NCBI GenBank assembly: GCA_951406725.2
Contig: OX597824.1
Span: 56,668,001-56,732,000 of the forward strand
Length of the DNA: 64,000 bases
Direction of reading: 5' to 3'
Source: Octopus vulgaris
Taxonomy: Eukaryota
Of the stretch, positions 1 through 11,546 are shown in pieces. Under the pieces are notes generated by a model. It was not told the origin of the DNA and made no database searches. It saw only the letters and a list, made by a program, of their open reading frames with translations. Within the stretch, counting starts at the first letter, position 1, and each line of letters starts with the position of its first letter. The translations under genes were made by a program, and so were the position numbers.

Positions 1-689
1 AGAGAAGCGGGTTTTTTAAAAAAGAAGCAGAGAGAGATTAATGGACGGCTGAAAACAGTTTAGGGGGAGAGGGCGGAGGTGATCCTTCAAACGGTGGTGG
101 ATAGTGAGAAGGTAGGATTTGTAGTCAGGCATGGTGGGATAGTGAAAAAAAGGGGAAAAACCAAACGTTCGAAAAAAAAAACAACATAAAAAGCAATCGT
201 ATGAAAAAACTAGATAAAAAAAGCGGTAGGGGCAGAAAATAAAGGCGGAGAAGATAGGGCAAATGGAAAAAGGAAAGAAAGAAGGGAAGCAGAGAGAGGG
301 GGAGGCAAAAAAGGGGGTGCAGGCAGAGGAAACAGAGTATGGACATCCAGAGAAGGAAGAAACGACGGAAAGGAGGACAAAACTGCAGGAAAATGTGGAA
401 AGTATGAAATGAATGTAAAAAAAGGATAATATATGAGAAAATAAAAATAAAACGAACGGGACAGTTTATGCGAACAAGTTCAAGGTTGAGAGTTCAAGGT
501 TAGAAATGTATAGACGTCGTGGTATATTTTTTAAGGATTTCACATCAATAACAAAGTCACTTTGATCCGTGAAAGAGAGGTGCAGCCAATGGTAAGTATC
601 CAAGGGGTAAAGAAAATCCAATGTAGAGGTAAGAGTTGATAGTGGTGTTGGTAGAATATAGGATGAAAGTGAGACCACGTGAGCGCGTA

Positions 690-1020
690 ATATATAACGG
701 GAAGCTTTATGAAAATAGACAAAAGACGAAGGCAGGTTTACGGAAACAAACAAAAGACGAAGGCAGGTGGAATACAAACAAACAATTGTATTAGTATGGC
801 GCTCAGGAAATATAAATAAAACAAGTCTTTAACGTTTCGAGCCTACGCTCTTCAACAGAAAGATACACAGAGAAGAAACACAGAAAGAAGGAGAGAAAAA
901 AATGCGTGCAGAGGCTAGCGAATCAACATGGCGATCTGATTTCGGCCAGAAGTCAAAGATCAAACGTGAGACGCAAGAGCGAAATTAGGGGAGATAATAG
1001 GGTTAAATGACCTCGCGCCA
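690..1020 (-). mobile_element. Non-autonomous PLE-associated repeat carrying a hammerhead motif
   Basis: Contains the HHR at 826-863. The segment acaaaagacgaaggcaggtggaatacaaac (~750-780) recurs, diverged and inverted, at ~31375-31435 next to (TA)n. Confidence 0.5.
826..863 (-). ncRNA. Minimal type-I hammerhead ribozyme motif (A6U core variant)
   Basis: Minus strand reads tcttt-CTGTTGA-a-gagc-gtag-gctc-GAAACGTT-aaaga: 5-bp stem I, 4-bp stem II, palindromic stem III (ACGT). Confidence 0.7.
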
Positions 1021-1028
1021 ACATAAGA

Positions 1029-1361
1029 GTGTGTGTGTGTGTGTGTATGAGAAGAGTGTGTGTGTGTGTATGAGAGAGTATTAGTGCGTATGAGAGGTCT
1101 GGACGTGTGTATGTATATATGATGTGATGTGTAAAGTCGTATGGTGTAGTGTACAGAGAGGAGATGAGGGAAGAGGGGGGAGAGAGGGGAGGGTGAGGGT
1201 GAGGGGGGAGAAAGAAAGGGGAGAAGAGGGGAGAAGGAAAGGGGAGAAGAGGAGAAGAGAAGGGGGAGAAGGAAGGAGAGGAGAAGAGGAGGGGAGAGAA
1301 GGGGGAGAAGGAAGGAGAGGAGAAGAGGAGGGGAGAGGAGGAGGGAGGATAGAGGGAGAGG

Positions 1362-1402
<41 letters not shown>
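1029..1402. repeat. Compound (GT)n, purine-rich (GGA/GA) and (TA)n low-complexity tract
   Basis: Directly visible; explains the spurious ORFs at 960-1429. Confidence 0.9.
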
Positions 1403-1406
<4 letters not shown>

Positions 1407-1575
1407 TTTATATTATTAAAAGAAAGTAGATGGATTTAAAGTAAAATGACAAATACGAGCCACCAGCATTGTCATACAACCGATCACCATCTTCAGTATC
1501 ATATGATTGATATGATTATATATTTATTAAAATGTCATGTGTGTTCGTTGTGTTAAGTCAGCTGTACATTGTGTG

Positions 1576-1942
1576 TGGAGGCGCAATGGCCCAGTGATTA
1601 TGGCAGCGGACTTGCGGTTTCGATTACCAGACTGGGAGTTGTGAGTATTTATTGAGCAAAAACACCTAAAGCCCCTCGAGGTTCCGGCAGGGAATGGTGG
1701 TGAACCCTGCTGTACTCTTTCACCACAACTTTTTCTCACTCTTTCTACCGGTTTTTTGTTGTACCTGTATTTCAAAGGGCCAGCCTTGTCACACACTGTG
1801 TCATGCTGAATCTCCCCGAGAACTACGTTAAGGGTACACGTGTCTGTGGAGTGCTCAGCCACTTACACGTTAATTTCACGAGCAGGCTGTTCCGTTGATC
1901 GGATCAACTGGAACCCCCGTTGTCATAACCGACAGAGTGCCA
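1576..1942 (+). mobile_element. tRNA-derived SINE
   Basis: tRNA-like head (ggaggcgcaatggcccagtg...ggtttcgattacc) followed by a ~300-bp body I recognise as a common cephalopod SINE. Confidence 0.7.
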
Positions 1943-2289
1943 CATAGTGTGTGTCTATAAGCTAATTTTCAATAAGATTCTAAGAATATTCAAGGCTATC
2001 GAGTTCTCTGAGCTGTCACCTTTTACTTGTTTATTTACTTACTTGTTACGATCTTTGATGAACTAGGCGTTCCTTCATTAGAATCCAGTTGGAAATGTGG
2101 ATTCTGTGACTCGGCATCATCAGAGATCGAGTTCATTTATATCCATGATATCCATAAATGAACTTTTTTTTACCTCCTCCCCCTAATCACAGACACACCC
2201 AAAAGAGTCAATGGCGCTGACTTTTCTCCGGTAAGTAAAATAGAAATGGCAACAGCCACGAATCAGAACCGAGATCATGCTTAAAGTGG

Positions 2290-2715
2290 TTTCGTCATTT
2301 ACGCGTACCATCTTCGCTACGTTCACCTACTTTTTATTGAAACTTTTATGAGAGAAAACTCTCTATTCTCACCTTCCTTTTCAAATGGTACTTGAAAAAG
2401 TTGATGAGCGATTGGCCAGAGAGGAAAGTGTGTCTCTAAACCTTTCGCACGAGTCCACCACACACAATCTTTCACCAAAACCACCAGTACAATGAAAACT
2501 GCCCTGCCTTCCCGGTTAAAGGAAGGTGACGGGACAATATTCACGATAGACTCGGCCGATAACCGAGTTCGTCCTACATATGATAGCAGCCGTTCGACAT
2601 AAGTCCACAGGTCTAAAATGGTTGGACACTGCTCGAGTGCGTGCAGAACGGTTTCGTCGCTCTCACCGTACCTCGGGCAAGTCGGTCCGGTGTATCTCGA
2701 ACCGTGCCTGTAGAG
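2290..2715 (-). mobile_element. Tx1/L1-like LINE, ORF2 C-terminal fragment
   Basis: ORF 2323-2544 (SFNREGRAVF...CVWWTRAKGL) is homologous to copies at 18.1, 18.7, 20.1 and 28.6 kb, one of which is linked to L1-type RT motifs. Confidence 0.7.
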
Positions 2716-4303
2716 TGTAGGGCGGAATTCGTGACAGACGAACTGTAACTTCGCTGCGGGCGAGCTAGGAAGTTGACCAGCAGCAGGGAAGGAACTCCAG
2801 GAAGGAGAAGCAAAAAGAATGTCAACAGTGAGTGTGATACGAATCTGAATGAACTAAACAGAAATAACTGGCGACTTAAGCCCTGATGTACGTAAAGTAA
2901 TAAACCTTTGATAAATGTATTCTCGTTTGTTTGCGTATAGCTTAACAAAGCTATAACTGGTGACCCCGACGATAGAACAACAGCTCTCGCTATCGAAACA
3001 AACATGTCTAGCAACAAAACAACACTGAGGCTACCACGGTTGTAGCTTAAGAGGGTCGAACTGTGGTTCGCGCAGGCGGAGGCTCAATTCGATATAAACA
3101 AGGTAACGGCCGACCAAACGAAGTACTCGCACGTTGTGGCGGTACTAGACGAAGATACGGTAACAAGGGTGCTGGACATTTTAACCCAACCCCCACCAAC
3201 GAAAAAATACGCCATATTGAAAGATAGGGTAGTGGATACATTCCGACGCAGTGAAAGAGAAGCGGCAGCCAAGATACTGGAGGAGGAATTAGGCGATTCC
3301 AAGACTTCGGAACTGATGGACAGGATATTGGCATTAGTCCCCCCACCCCGGTGAGTCACCTTCCTTTTTGTTTAAGGAAATATTCTTAAACAAAATTCCA
3401 CCCCAAGTCGAGGCTCTCATAATTCAGACCGAAATCAAGGACCTGCAGCAATTAGCAAAGGCAGCTGACAAACATTTTTAATCCAGTGGCGTCATGGTCA
3501 GCGCCATAGCGTCGGTCCCAAGACAGGGTAGGGTTAAGCATGATGACCTGTGCTTCTTCCACACAAAGTTCGGAAAAAAGGCGACAAACTGCAAACAGCC
3601 ATGTAGCTTCGGAACCCCGTCACCAGTGACCCAGGGAAACTCCAGGGCCGACCGCCATTTGAACGCCCGGGTGGCCAGCAGACATGACCAAATACTCCTC
3701 TATGTCCGCGATCGCAGCTCCGGACGCAGGTTCCTAATCGACACAGGATCAGAAGTCAGCGTGATCCCGGCGTCGGCAAGGGACCTCCGTCACGGAAAGC
3801 AGAGCCAACCTTTAACAGCCGCCAACGGGTCCGCAATCGAGGCATACTGTCGCCGCACCCTTTCTCTCAACATCGGCTCACAAAAATACACATGGGCATT
3901 CACCATCGCCCATAATCGGTGCAGACTTTCTTCGAGCACACTTGCTACAGGTTGATTTGCGGGGAAGAGACTCCTCGACAACAACACATATGCTTCCGTG
4001 CCTCTTGCAACATCTGCACGTGCCGCCCCCGCATACCATCCATCTCGCAGACCTAGAACGAATCTCGGATCTTATGGTAAGTCGCTCCAATCTCACCACT
4101 CCGACATTCTCCAAACCTACAGCCCGCCACGGGGTGACACACCACATCTCCACCACCGCTCTTCCAAGTGCACAGCTGCGCACGTCGTCTATCACCAGAC
4201 AAACTTGCAATCGCAAAGGCTAAGTTCAACAATATGGAGGCATTGGACATAGTTCGCCGATCATGCAGTCCCTTGTCATCACCCCCGCATATGACCCCCA
4301 AAT
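2716..4303 (+). mobile_element. Truncated Ty3/Gypsy LTR retrotransposon (5' LTR, gag, protease, start of RT)
   Basis: LTR starts TGTAG at 2716. Gag motifs WFAQAEAQF and CFFHTKFGKKATNCKQPC; protease FLIDTGSEVS; RT N-terminus ARRLSPDKLAIAKAKF...IVRRSCSPLSSP. Frameshifted and truncated at ~4300. Confidence 0.9.
2958..2971 (+). promoter_or_regulatory. Primer-binding site complementary to the tRNA-Trp 3' end
   Basis: TGGTGACCCCGACG lies immediately after the LTR; it is the reverse complement of the eukaryotic tRNA-Trp 3' end (...CGTCGGGGTCACCA). Confidence 0.8.
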
Positions 4304-4304
4304 C

Positions 4305-4556
4305 TAAAAGAGAGAGCGCTTTGCCGTCATGTGTTACTTTCCTTGCCTGAGGTTACCGTGGTCTTTTCCGTAGGCTTTTCTTTTCACGGATAAACCTCTT
4401 TTACATTTTTACCCCGCCTTTTTTTTTTGCTGTTTACACGTCACAAACACTTTCGATCCCATTTGATAGTTGTTTTTGTTTTTCTTTTTTTCGAAAAGAA
4501 AAGTTCTACATTGTATTGTCCCCTCTGTGTTCGGCCCTGCGTGGCTAATAAAGAAA
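4305..4556 (+). mobile_element. 3' tail of Tx1/L1-like LINE
   Basis: ccgtggtcttttccgtaggcttttc...ggctaataaagaaa resembles the 3' UTR and poly(A) ends of the minus-strand copies at 17880 and 18365. Confidence 0.55.
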
Positions 4557-4559
4557 GAT

Positions 4560-4830
<271 letters not shown>

Positions 4831-5552
4831 TTTCCCTGTCTGTCGTTTTAAAAATCTCTGTGGCTGTTTGTCTCTTCCAGTTCCTCCTCTGCCTGCCTGT
4901 CCATCGCTTCTTCGCTTTCGTTTAATAGTAAATTAACACCATGTTTCAATTCTCTGTATAAACACGATAGAATCGTCTAAATCAGACATTGGCGGGGTAG
5001 GAAAGACAGAACTATCTTTTGTTGACAGGCCTCCCTCTATATAATCTTTTATTTTTTTTGTTTTCTTTCTAATTCTCTCTCCAAGCAATCAAAGCTGGTA
5101 TTCCAGACTTAGCGCAGTTAACAATGGCCACATAAAAAACACTGCAAAGCAAGAAAAATAACCAAAACAAAATAAAAAATGCGATGTGCTATCGTAAGAA
5201 TGAAATGACAAACCATTTTTTCGTGTGAGAATGTTCTTCGTTTCCTTTTACTTGTTTTTATTTTGATACAGTAAAAACAAGTTTAAAGGAGAGAAAATTG
5301 CAACTGTTTTCAACTCCTCCAAAATACAAAAAAACTATTTAAAAGCAAAACAGCTTCATGATAACCGAGACCAGCCGCTCTAAAACACAAACACAAACAC
5401 ACGCGCGCGTTTATAATAGGCAATATTATAAATATTACCAATATATAAGCAACATTTTATTTCAGGACAATAGCGCTTTGAATCAAAGACGCGAACTCTT
5501 GAATTCCTGTAGACACGCAACAAAAATTAAAATATCGGCTAACAATATTCCG

Positions 5553-5624
5553 TGGGAATATGGTGTAGTGGTTAAGAGCGCGGGCTACTAACCCCAAGAT
5601 TCCGAGTTGGATTCCAGACGGTGA

Positions 5625-5660
<36 letters not shown>

Positions 5661-5803
5661 CATCGAAAAATACCTTAGGAATGAGAACTCAGGTTCGAAA
5701 TTTCCCCAAGACACCTGATGAAGGCTGGAGGGTATATCAGCCGAAACGTTGTGTTAACAACAAACAAGATGAGGACAAATATCCGTCAAATGTAAATAAT
5801 GTA
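5553..5803 (+). mobile_element. tRNA-headed SINE with (TAA)n linker and hammerhead-containing tail
   Basis: A box TGGTGTAGTGG at 5561-5571, B-box-like GAGTTGGATTCC at ~5604-5615, (TAA)n at ~5629-5657, HHR at 5710-5755. Confidence 0.75.
5710..5755 (+). ncRNA. Minimal type-I hammerhead ribozyme motif, canonical core
   Basis: gacac-CTGATGA-a-ggctg-(10-nt loop)-cagcc-GAAACGTT-gtgtt. Palindromic stem III; predicted cleavage after GUU at 5750. Confidence 0.8.
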
Positions 5804-6083
5804 TATGCGAATATATTTATATAGAGCATTAAAAATACAGAATACTAAGAAGAGAATACATAATTTCTTAACTAGATAGCTGTTTCAGGAAACTTAGATT
5901 TACGTAATAATAGTAATGGGTATAATTTGTAGATGGAATGTGCAAATTGCCTTGGGTATGCAATCAGTAAACAGTCACACAGTCCGCCTTCCTTCACAAA
6001 AAAAAAGGTAGAAAAAGTAGCTCATATTGTTGTACCAGAGATTTAAATGTTGTAGAGAGAGAGAGAAAGAGAGAGAGAGAGAA

Positions 6084-6118
<35 letters not shown>

Positions 6119-6349
6119 AGGAGAGAGAGAGAGAGAGAGAGATCGCGGAAGCCATTATTTTCATATATCCCTAATACTAGACTAAAAACAAAACCCGTAC
6201 TTCTCTTTCCCAGTGTACAGGCCTGCCTCTACCCATCCACACCCCGTTCCATTCGGCCAGCACTTACCCAGTATTCGGGCCGCATTAGAGGTTGAATTAC
6301 CTCAAGCTTCCCCAAGGTAGCCAGCCCATAACTTCGCTGTGTTGTAAGC

Positions 6350-6560
6350 CTCTCAAGGGCAGAAAGCGGGAGATATTATGGTTTGTGCCACCTTTCTCTC
6401 TTCGGATTAAGTCTTTACCCAAGCTATTTTTCAAAATCCCAAGCTCAAATTTCCCATCACTCCAGAAATACTTCCTTATCTTTAATAACTCTTTGATTAA
6501 AGTCTCGTACTCTACAACACCAAATTTGGGATCTATAATTGCCTCTTCAAATAGGTGCAA
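6350..6560 (+). mobile_element. Naiad-type Penelope-like element, RT thumb/linker fragment
   Basis: RKREILWFVPPFS...NFPSLQKYFLIFNNSLIKVSYSTTPNLGSIIASSN matches the recalled WFNPPFS...HFP...IFN..TVKxSYSCMPN..II pattern. No RT core is visible. Confidence 0.6.
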
Positions 6561-7805
6561 ACTAAGCCGCCTTACTGTGTACTCTACGAACTATCCACCT
6601 GGATCCCACCCTAAACCACCAGATACTAATACTACGAGCTTCGGAAAACCTACCCGCTTCAGTAATAGCAACCCTGGTACCACCACCTCAAGCACTATTA
6701 ACCCTACTACGTGTGACAGCGGTGACGCCCTCTTGAGGCCTCATGCTAGTAACGATAATACCACCGCTCTTACTTAGAGAATAACTGATCATATGAATCA
6801 GATCAGAATAGGGATCAATCCTAAGCCCACCGCTAGTGGGAAAACCTGTAACTAGTCTCGCAACTATGTCTGTTGGATGGTTTTTTACGGTATAATGTCG
6901 CATATATGTCCCGGGTGATAATCTCCCGTTCCCACCAGGCTAGAGTCTACATTGGCTGCACTGTTGCTTTCAAACGTTGCTACCGGGTTCACATGAATTT
7001 GTTCCAAATAACAACAGATTCTTTAATTTACAAGATACAATAATTGGTTGAACGTAATCGAAATTCAGAGTTGCATTGATACACCAAAATTGAAAGCAAT
7101 CTGAGCAAAATTAAGTGGGGCTCATTTTGCGAATGAGAAAGACTAGATTCATTCGTTCTCAAATGGAGCCTCTAAACTCTCTACCTCCCTATAATATTCC
7201 CATCCATACCTTATCCTGGTCCATAGTTTGTGTGGCTTCTCGTTCAATATTAACCACCGTATTTGTGAGATGTATTGCAGAGAATTGCTTGCAGTCCTTC
7301 ACCATCATAATAATATTTTGTTTTCTGACATGATCTTCTCGTCCAAGCACAAATTTCATTCCACTTTTGTCCATTACTTTATAATTCTCCTAATTGTAGC
7401 TAAACCCTTACTTATTACTAATCTATGCTAGCAGCATTTTCTTTCTCTATTCTCTTCGTTTCCTTCTCCCAATCTCGACATATCTTCCTTCTCCGCTACC
7501 TCCACCCCTAATCCTATATCTCTGTATAGTCAGCTGCCATCACCAATTGATTTAAAATTTGCTGAGCGAGATACCCGACCACCAGCGACGCTACCTTTCA
7601 CCATAGTGACCTTAACCTTACCTTCTGCCTTCCTCTCTCCATTTCATTCATTCTACCTCTGTTCATTCCCCCTACGTTATAGACATCTTCCTTACTCTCC
7701 CTGCCTTTCATTTCTTCTCTACCTCTATTCCTCCTTTCTACGCCGCTTATATCCTCCCTCTCCCCGTTTTTTGCTCTTATTTTTCCTCTCCTCCTCCCCC
7801 ATCTA

Positions 7806-7928
7806 TATAGTGTAGTAAGATGTTTGCTTCCCAACCACATGGTTCTGGATTCTGTCCCATTGCGTGGTACCTTGGGCAAGTGTCTTCTTCAATTGTCTCA
7901 GATTGACTAAAGCCTTGAGAAATCCGGT
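7806..7928 (+). mobile_element. 5' part of the abundant tRNA-derived SINE (family of 60849-61230)
   Basis: tttgcttcccaaccacatggttctgg...accttgggcaagtgtcttct aligns with 60878-60945. Confidence 0.8.
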
Positions 7929-7977
<49 letters not shown>

Positions 7978-7982
7978 CGCGC

Positions 7983-8029
<47 letters not shown>

Positions 8030-8041
8030 CATACACAAGCA

Positions 8042-10361
8042 CAGTTGAACCTCGCAGAACGAGTGCCCCATTGGACGAGTAACTTGCTGTACGAGTCGAG
8101 GCTCGTGCGAATTTTTGTCTTGAAGTACGAGCAAGTTTCATACAAGCGATCGCTAGTCGGCGCTGAGTTCGCACACGCTCTCCCAACAAGCGCACTCTCC
8201 GCTCACTTAGTTCATCTGTTTATCTCGTTGTGACAGCATCCCTGTTGTATTTTTCCCAGTGTTTTTATTTAGTTTTGTGCATCTTTTGCTTTTATTTTAT
8301 AATATTTAGTTGTGTTAGCCATGGGTCCTAAGAAGCTTAGTGCAAAGAACAGTGATGAAAAAAAGAAAAAGCTGATTACGATAAAATTAAAGAACGAAAT
8401 CATAGACAAACATGAGAGAGGAGTGCGTGTAGTGGACATAGCACGTCAATACGACCGAAGCACGTCGAGGATCGGCGTCATTTTGAAGAAAAAGAGCGAG
8501 ATCAAGGCCGTTACAACAGCAAAGGCTATCTCCAGGCTCTCTAAGCAACACGCATCTGTCCACAAAAGGATGGAAAAATTGCTTCTCCTGAAGCAACTTG
8601 AAGGGAATATGATTACGGAGATCTTCATCTACGAGAAAGTACGAGCGCTGTATGGGGATCTCCTGAAGCAGAACCCTGGAACATCGACAGAGGAGACATC
8701 AGCAGACGCATTTAAGGCTTGTCGCGGCTGGTTTGATTATTTCAAAGAGAGGATTGGTGTTCATAGCGTTGACGGGTATGGAGAAGCAGCGAGTTCTGAC
8801 ACGAAGGCAGCTGAAGATTTCGTGCGTGAATTCCATCAGCTCATCGTAGCCGAGGGGTACATCGCACAACAAGTATTCAACTGTGATGAAAGTGGCCTTT
8901 TTTTGAAAAAAAAAAAAAAAAATGTCTAGAATAACCTACATAACTGCAGAGGAGAAGAAAATACCAAGCCACAAGTATATGAAAGCTAGGCTCACTCTCG
9001 CCCTTTGTGCCAATGCGAGTAGAGACTTGAAGATTAAAGTCGCTGTTTGTCTACCATTCCGAAAACCCACGAGCGTTCAAGTAACATAATGTCCTGAAGG
9101 AGAAGCTGTAGATCATGTGGAGGGCAAACATTAAAGCCTGGGTCACCAGGCAATTCTTCTCCGAGTGGGTCAACCTTGTCTCGGACCAGCAGTGTAAAAG
9201 TACAATCTTTCTCTCAAGGCCTCCTCATCCTCGACATTGCTCATGCTCACCCTCCTAATCTCGAAGATGATATCCTGAACGAATTTAAATTTATAAAAGT
9301 TCTGTACCTTTCATGCAACAATACCCCTATCTTGGGCAGTAAGATAGGGGTATTTCTAATTTTAAGAAATTGTACATCAAACACCTGTTTCATCGGTGCT
9401 TTGAAGTCACCGAAAATACAAATCTAACCCTTCGTGAATTTTGGAAGGAGCACTACAACATTGTAAACTGCCCGAAAATCATCGATATGGCCTGGCAGGG
9501 TGTAATGAGAAGAAAACTGAATTCTGCATGGAGGAAACTGGCCTGGCTGCGTATCCGAAAGAGACTTCGATGGGGTTGAGTCTGAGATACCTGTAGTTGA
9601 GGAGATAGTGTCTCTTGGCAAGTCCATTGGCCTCAAGATTGATGATGAGGACATTAACGATCTCGTCGAGGAACACTCAGAGGAGCTGACGACAGATGAA
9701 CCCCTGCAGCTTCAGGAGCAGCAGCATTTGGATGTGGTAGAAGAGATTGGTTCCGCGGAGGAAGACAATATAGCGAAGAATGCTATCTCTACGATTGACA
9801 TAAAGGCAGTGTCGGCAAAGTGACAGTGTTTTTGAATTTGTAGAAAAATATCATCCTGAAAAAGTAGCTACAGTTCGTGCAGCTACTTTATTTAAAGACA
9901 CTGTTCTGGCGCATTTTCATAACATTTTGAAAGGTAGGAAAAAGTAGTCTTTCTAATGAAACGACCTGCAAGTGTAAAAAGTGAAGAAAGTGTGTCCAAA
10001 AAGCCCAAATTAAGCGAAGTAAGAGAGAAAACGCCAGAAATTGTTCTCCCTGACGTCTTAATGGAAGGAGAATCTCCTCCCAAACACGCGCATAAATCGT
10101 CCCATCTTTAAGGTAATTCTGTTAATAAAACCAATTTACATATTTTTTTTCCATTCTCTTTTTTCATAATTGCCATTTTACTTGTAACTACACCTTTTCT
10201 GTTTTAAACTCCCCCCCCCCAATTTTTAGCGGGTTTTGGCGTGCTGGAACGGATTAATTACATTTTAGTTAATTTCAATGAGGAAAATTGATTTGTAAAA
10301 CGAATAAATCGTAAAATGAGGTCGGTCATTGAACGAATTAAACTCGTACTGCAAGGTATCA

Positions 10362-10364
<3 letters not shown>
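8042..10364 (+). mobile_element. Tigger/pogo DNA transposon, full length with disrupted transposase
   Basis: ~23-bp TIRs cagttgaacctcgcagaacgagt / actcgtactgcaaggtatcactg. ORF from 8321 has CENP-B-type HTH (FKACRGWFDYFKER) and QVFNCDESGLF; the DDE region carries stops and frameshifts. Confidence 0.92.
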
Positions 10365-10419
<55 letters not shown>

Positions 10420-10420
10420 A

Positions 10421-10453
<33 letters not shown>

Positions 10454-10556
10454 ATGCGCGTGTGGCGTGTGTGTGTGCGTGTATGTGGTGTATGTGTGTG
10501 TATGAGCGGTTGTATACTAAAGCGGTTGTATAAGTAACAAAGATGCACAGGTGTCA

Positions 10557-10645
10557 ATTCATTACGGCTGTTTCAAGCAGCTCTATTTGATTGATTAATG
10601 AAAGCATTACATCAATTTGAAAGAGACCGTTTTCACCAGATGAAT
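10557..10645 (-). ncRNA. Degenerate type-I hammerhead motif with long stem II
   Basis: attcat-CTGGTGA-(imperfect long stem II)-GAAACAGCCGTA-atgaat: perfect 6-bp stem I, A6G in the core, near-palindromic stem III. Confidence 0.55.
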
Positions 10646-11415
10646 GCGTAGATTTCAAACATAAAGTATAAACCATTTTTTAAACAAATTTACATCAATA
10701 ATGGAAACCAAAATATTTACATTGTTTCCTTCTGTTATAACTGTGACAGAATGAGCTTAGAAAATAATGCTTACCTTGTTAAGCCTACTATAATTTAAAG
10801 AGTAGCAGAGGGAATAGTGGGTGATCAAGATAAATAGAGTGAGGACGTGGTTACTTATATTTAGAAGACTTTATGTAGTATGGAATTGGATCCTTTGGGA
10901 GTTGTCAACTGTATTCTAGTTAATGGTGATAAATTAATTAATGTCAGACAATCTACTAGACTCCCACCTCTACACCTGTACATCTTTGTTACTTCTTTAT
11001 ATTCTGTTCACCTAACTTGGAATCTGCACTTCGGAAAAACTATAGAAAGTACTTTTATAAAAAGTACGCCCGAATTACCAAGAGCGGATATCTTCACTTA
11101 GCTGGGTTGCGTTGTCTACGACAAGAATATTGGGTGCAAATACCCCTACATGGAGTCTTGATATTCAGTATTCAAATAATATTGTTGGGGTGTGCAGGTT
11201 ATACCGAACTAGCAGGCTGCCTCAATTTAAGCACCTAATTCAACTGAATCTTAATTATATATAGATCAGAAGTTTATGTGCACCTATGATAATATTGGCC
11301 AGAAGGAAACAGCTCTATCGTTCACATGGAAGCTGACTGCCATTTCTTACATGTTGACCAGAAGGATACAGTTCAATCATCTACATGAAAGTTAACAGAC
11401 ATTTCTTATATATGT

Positions 11416-11419
<4 letters not shown>

Positions 11420-11453
<34 letters not shown>

Positions 11454-11546
11454 TGTCCTCCACCACCGCTTGAAACCGATGTTGGTGTGTTTACGTCCCT
11501 GTAACTTAGTGGTTCGGCAAAAAAGATCGATAGAATAAGTGCGCGG
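11420..11546 (+). mobile_element. SINE central part, interrupted by RTE insertion (continues at 14520-14613)
   Basis: ccgatgttggtgtgtttacgtccctgtaacttagtggttcggcaaa...gatagaataagt matches ~61070-61135; the remainder agaataagtactgggtgtcgat...aagtaaaag matches ~61146-61228. Confidence 0.8.

Noticed and set aside
1455-1500. Minus-strand CTGAAGA resembling a hammerhead core
   Set aside because: No downstream GAAA or stem I partner.
5561-5625. Possible tRNA gene
   Set aside because: No proper acceptor stem and a degenerate B box; it is a SINE head.
7100-7430. Possible very old PLE endonuclease fragment on the minus strand
   Set aside because: Key Cys and YIG residues are not recoverable; too degenerate to call.
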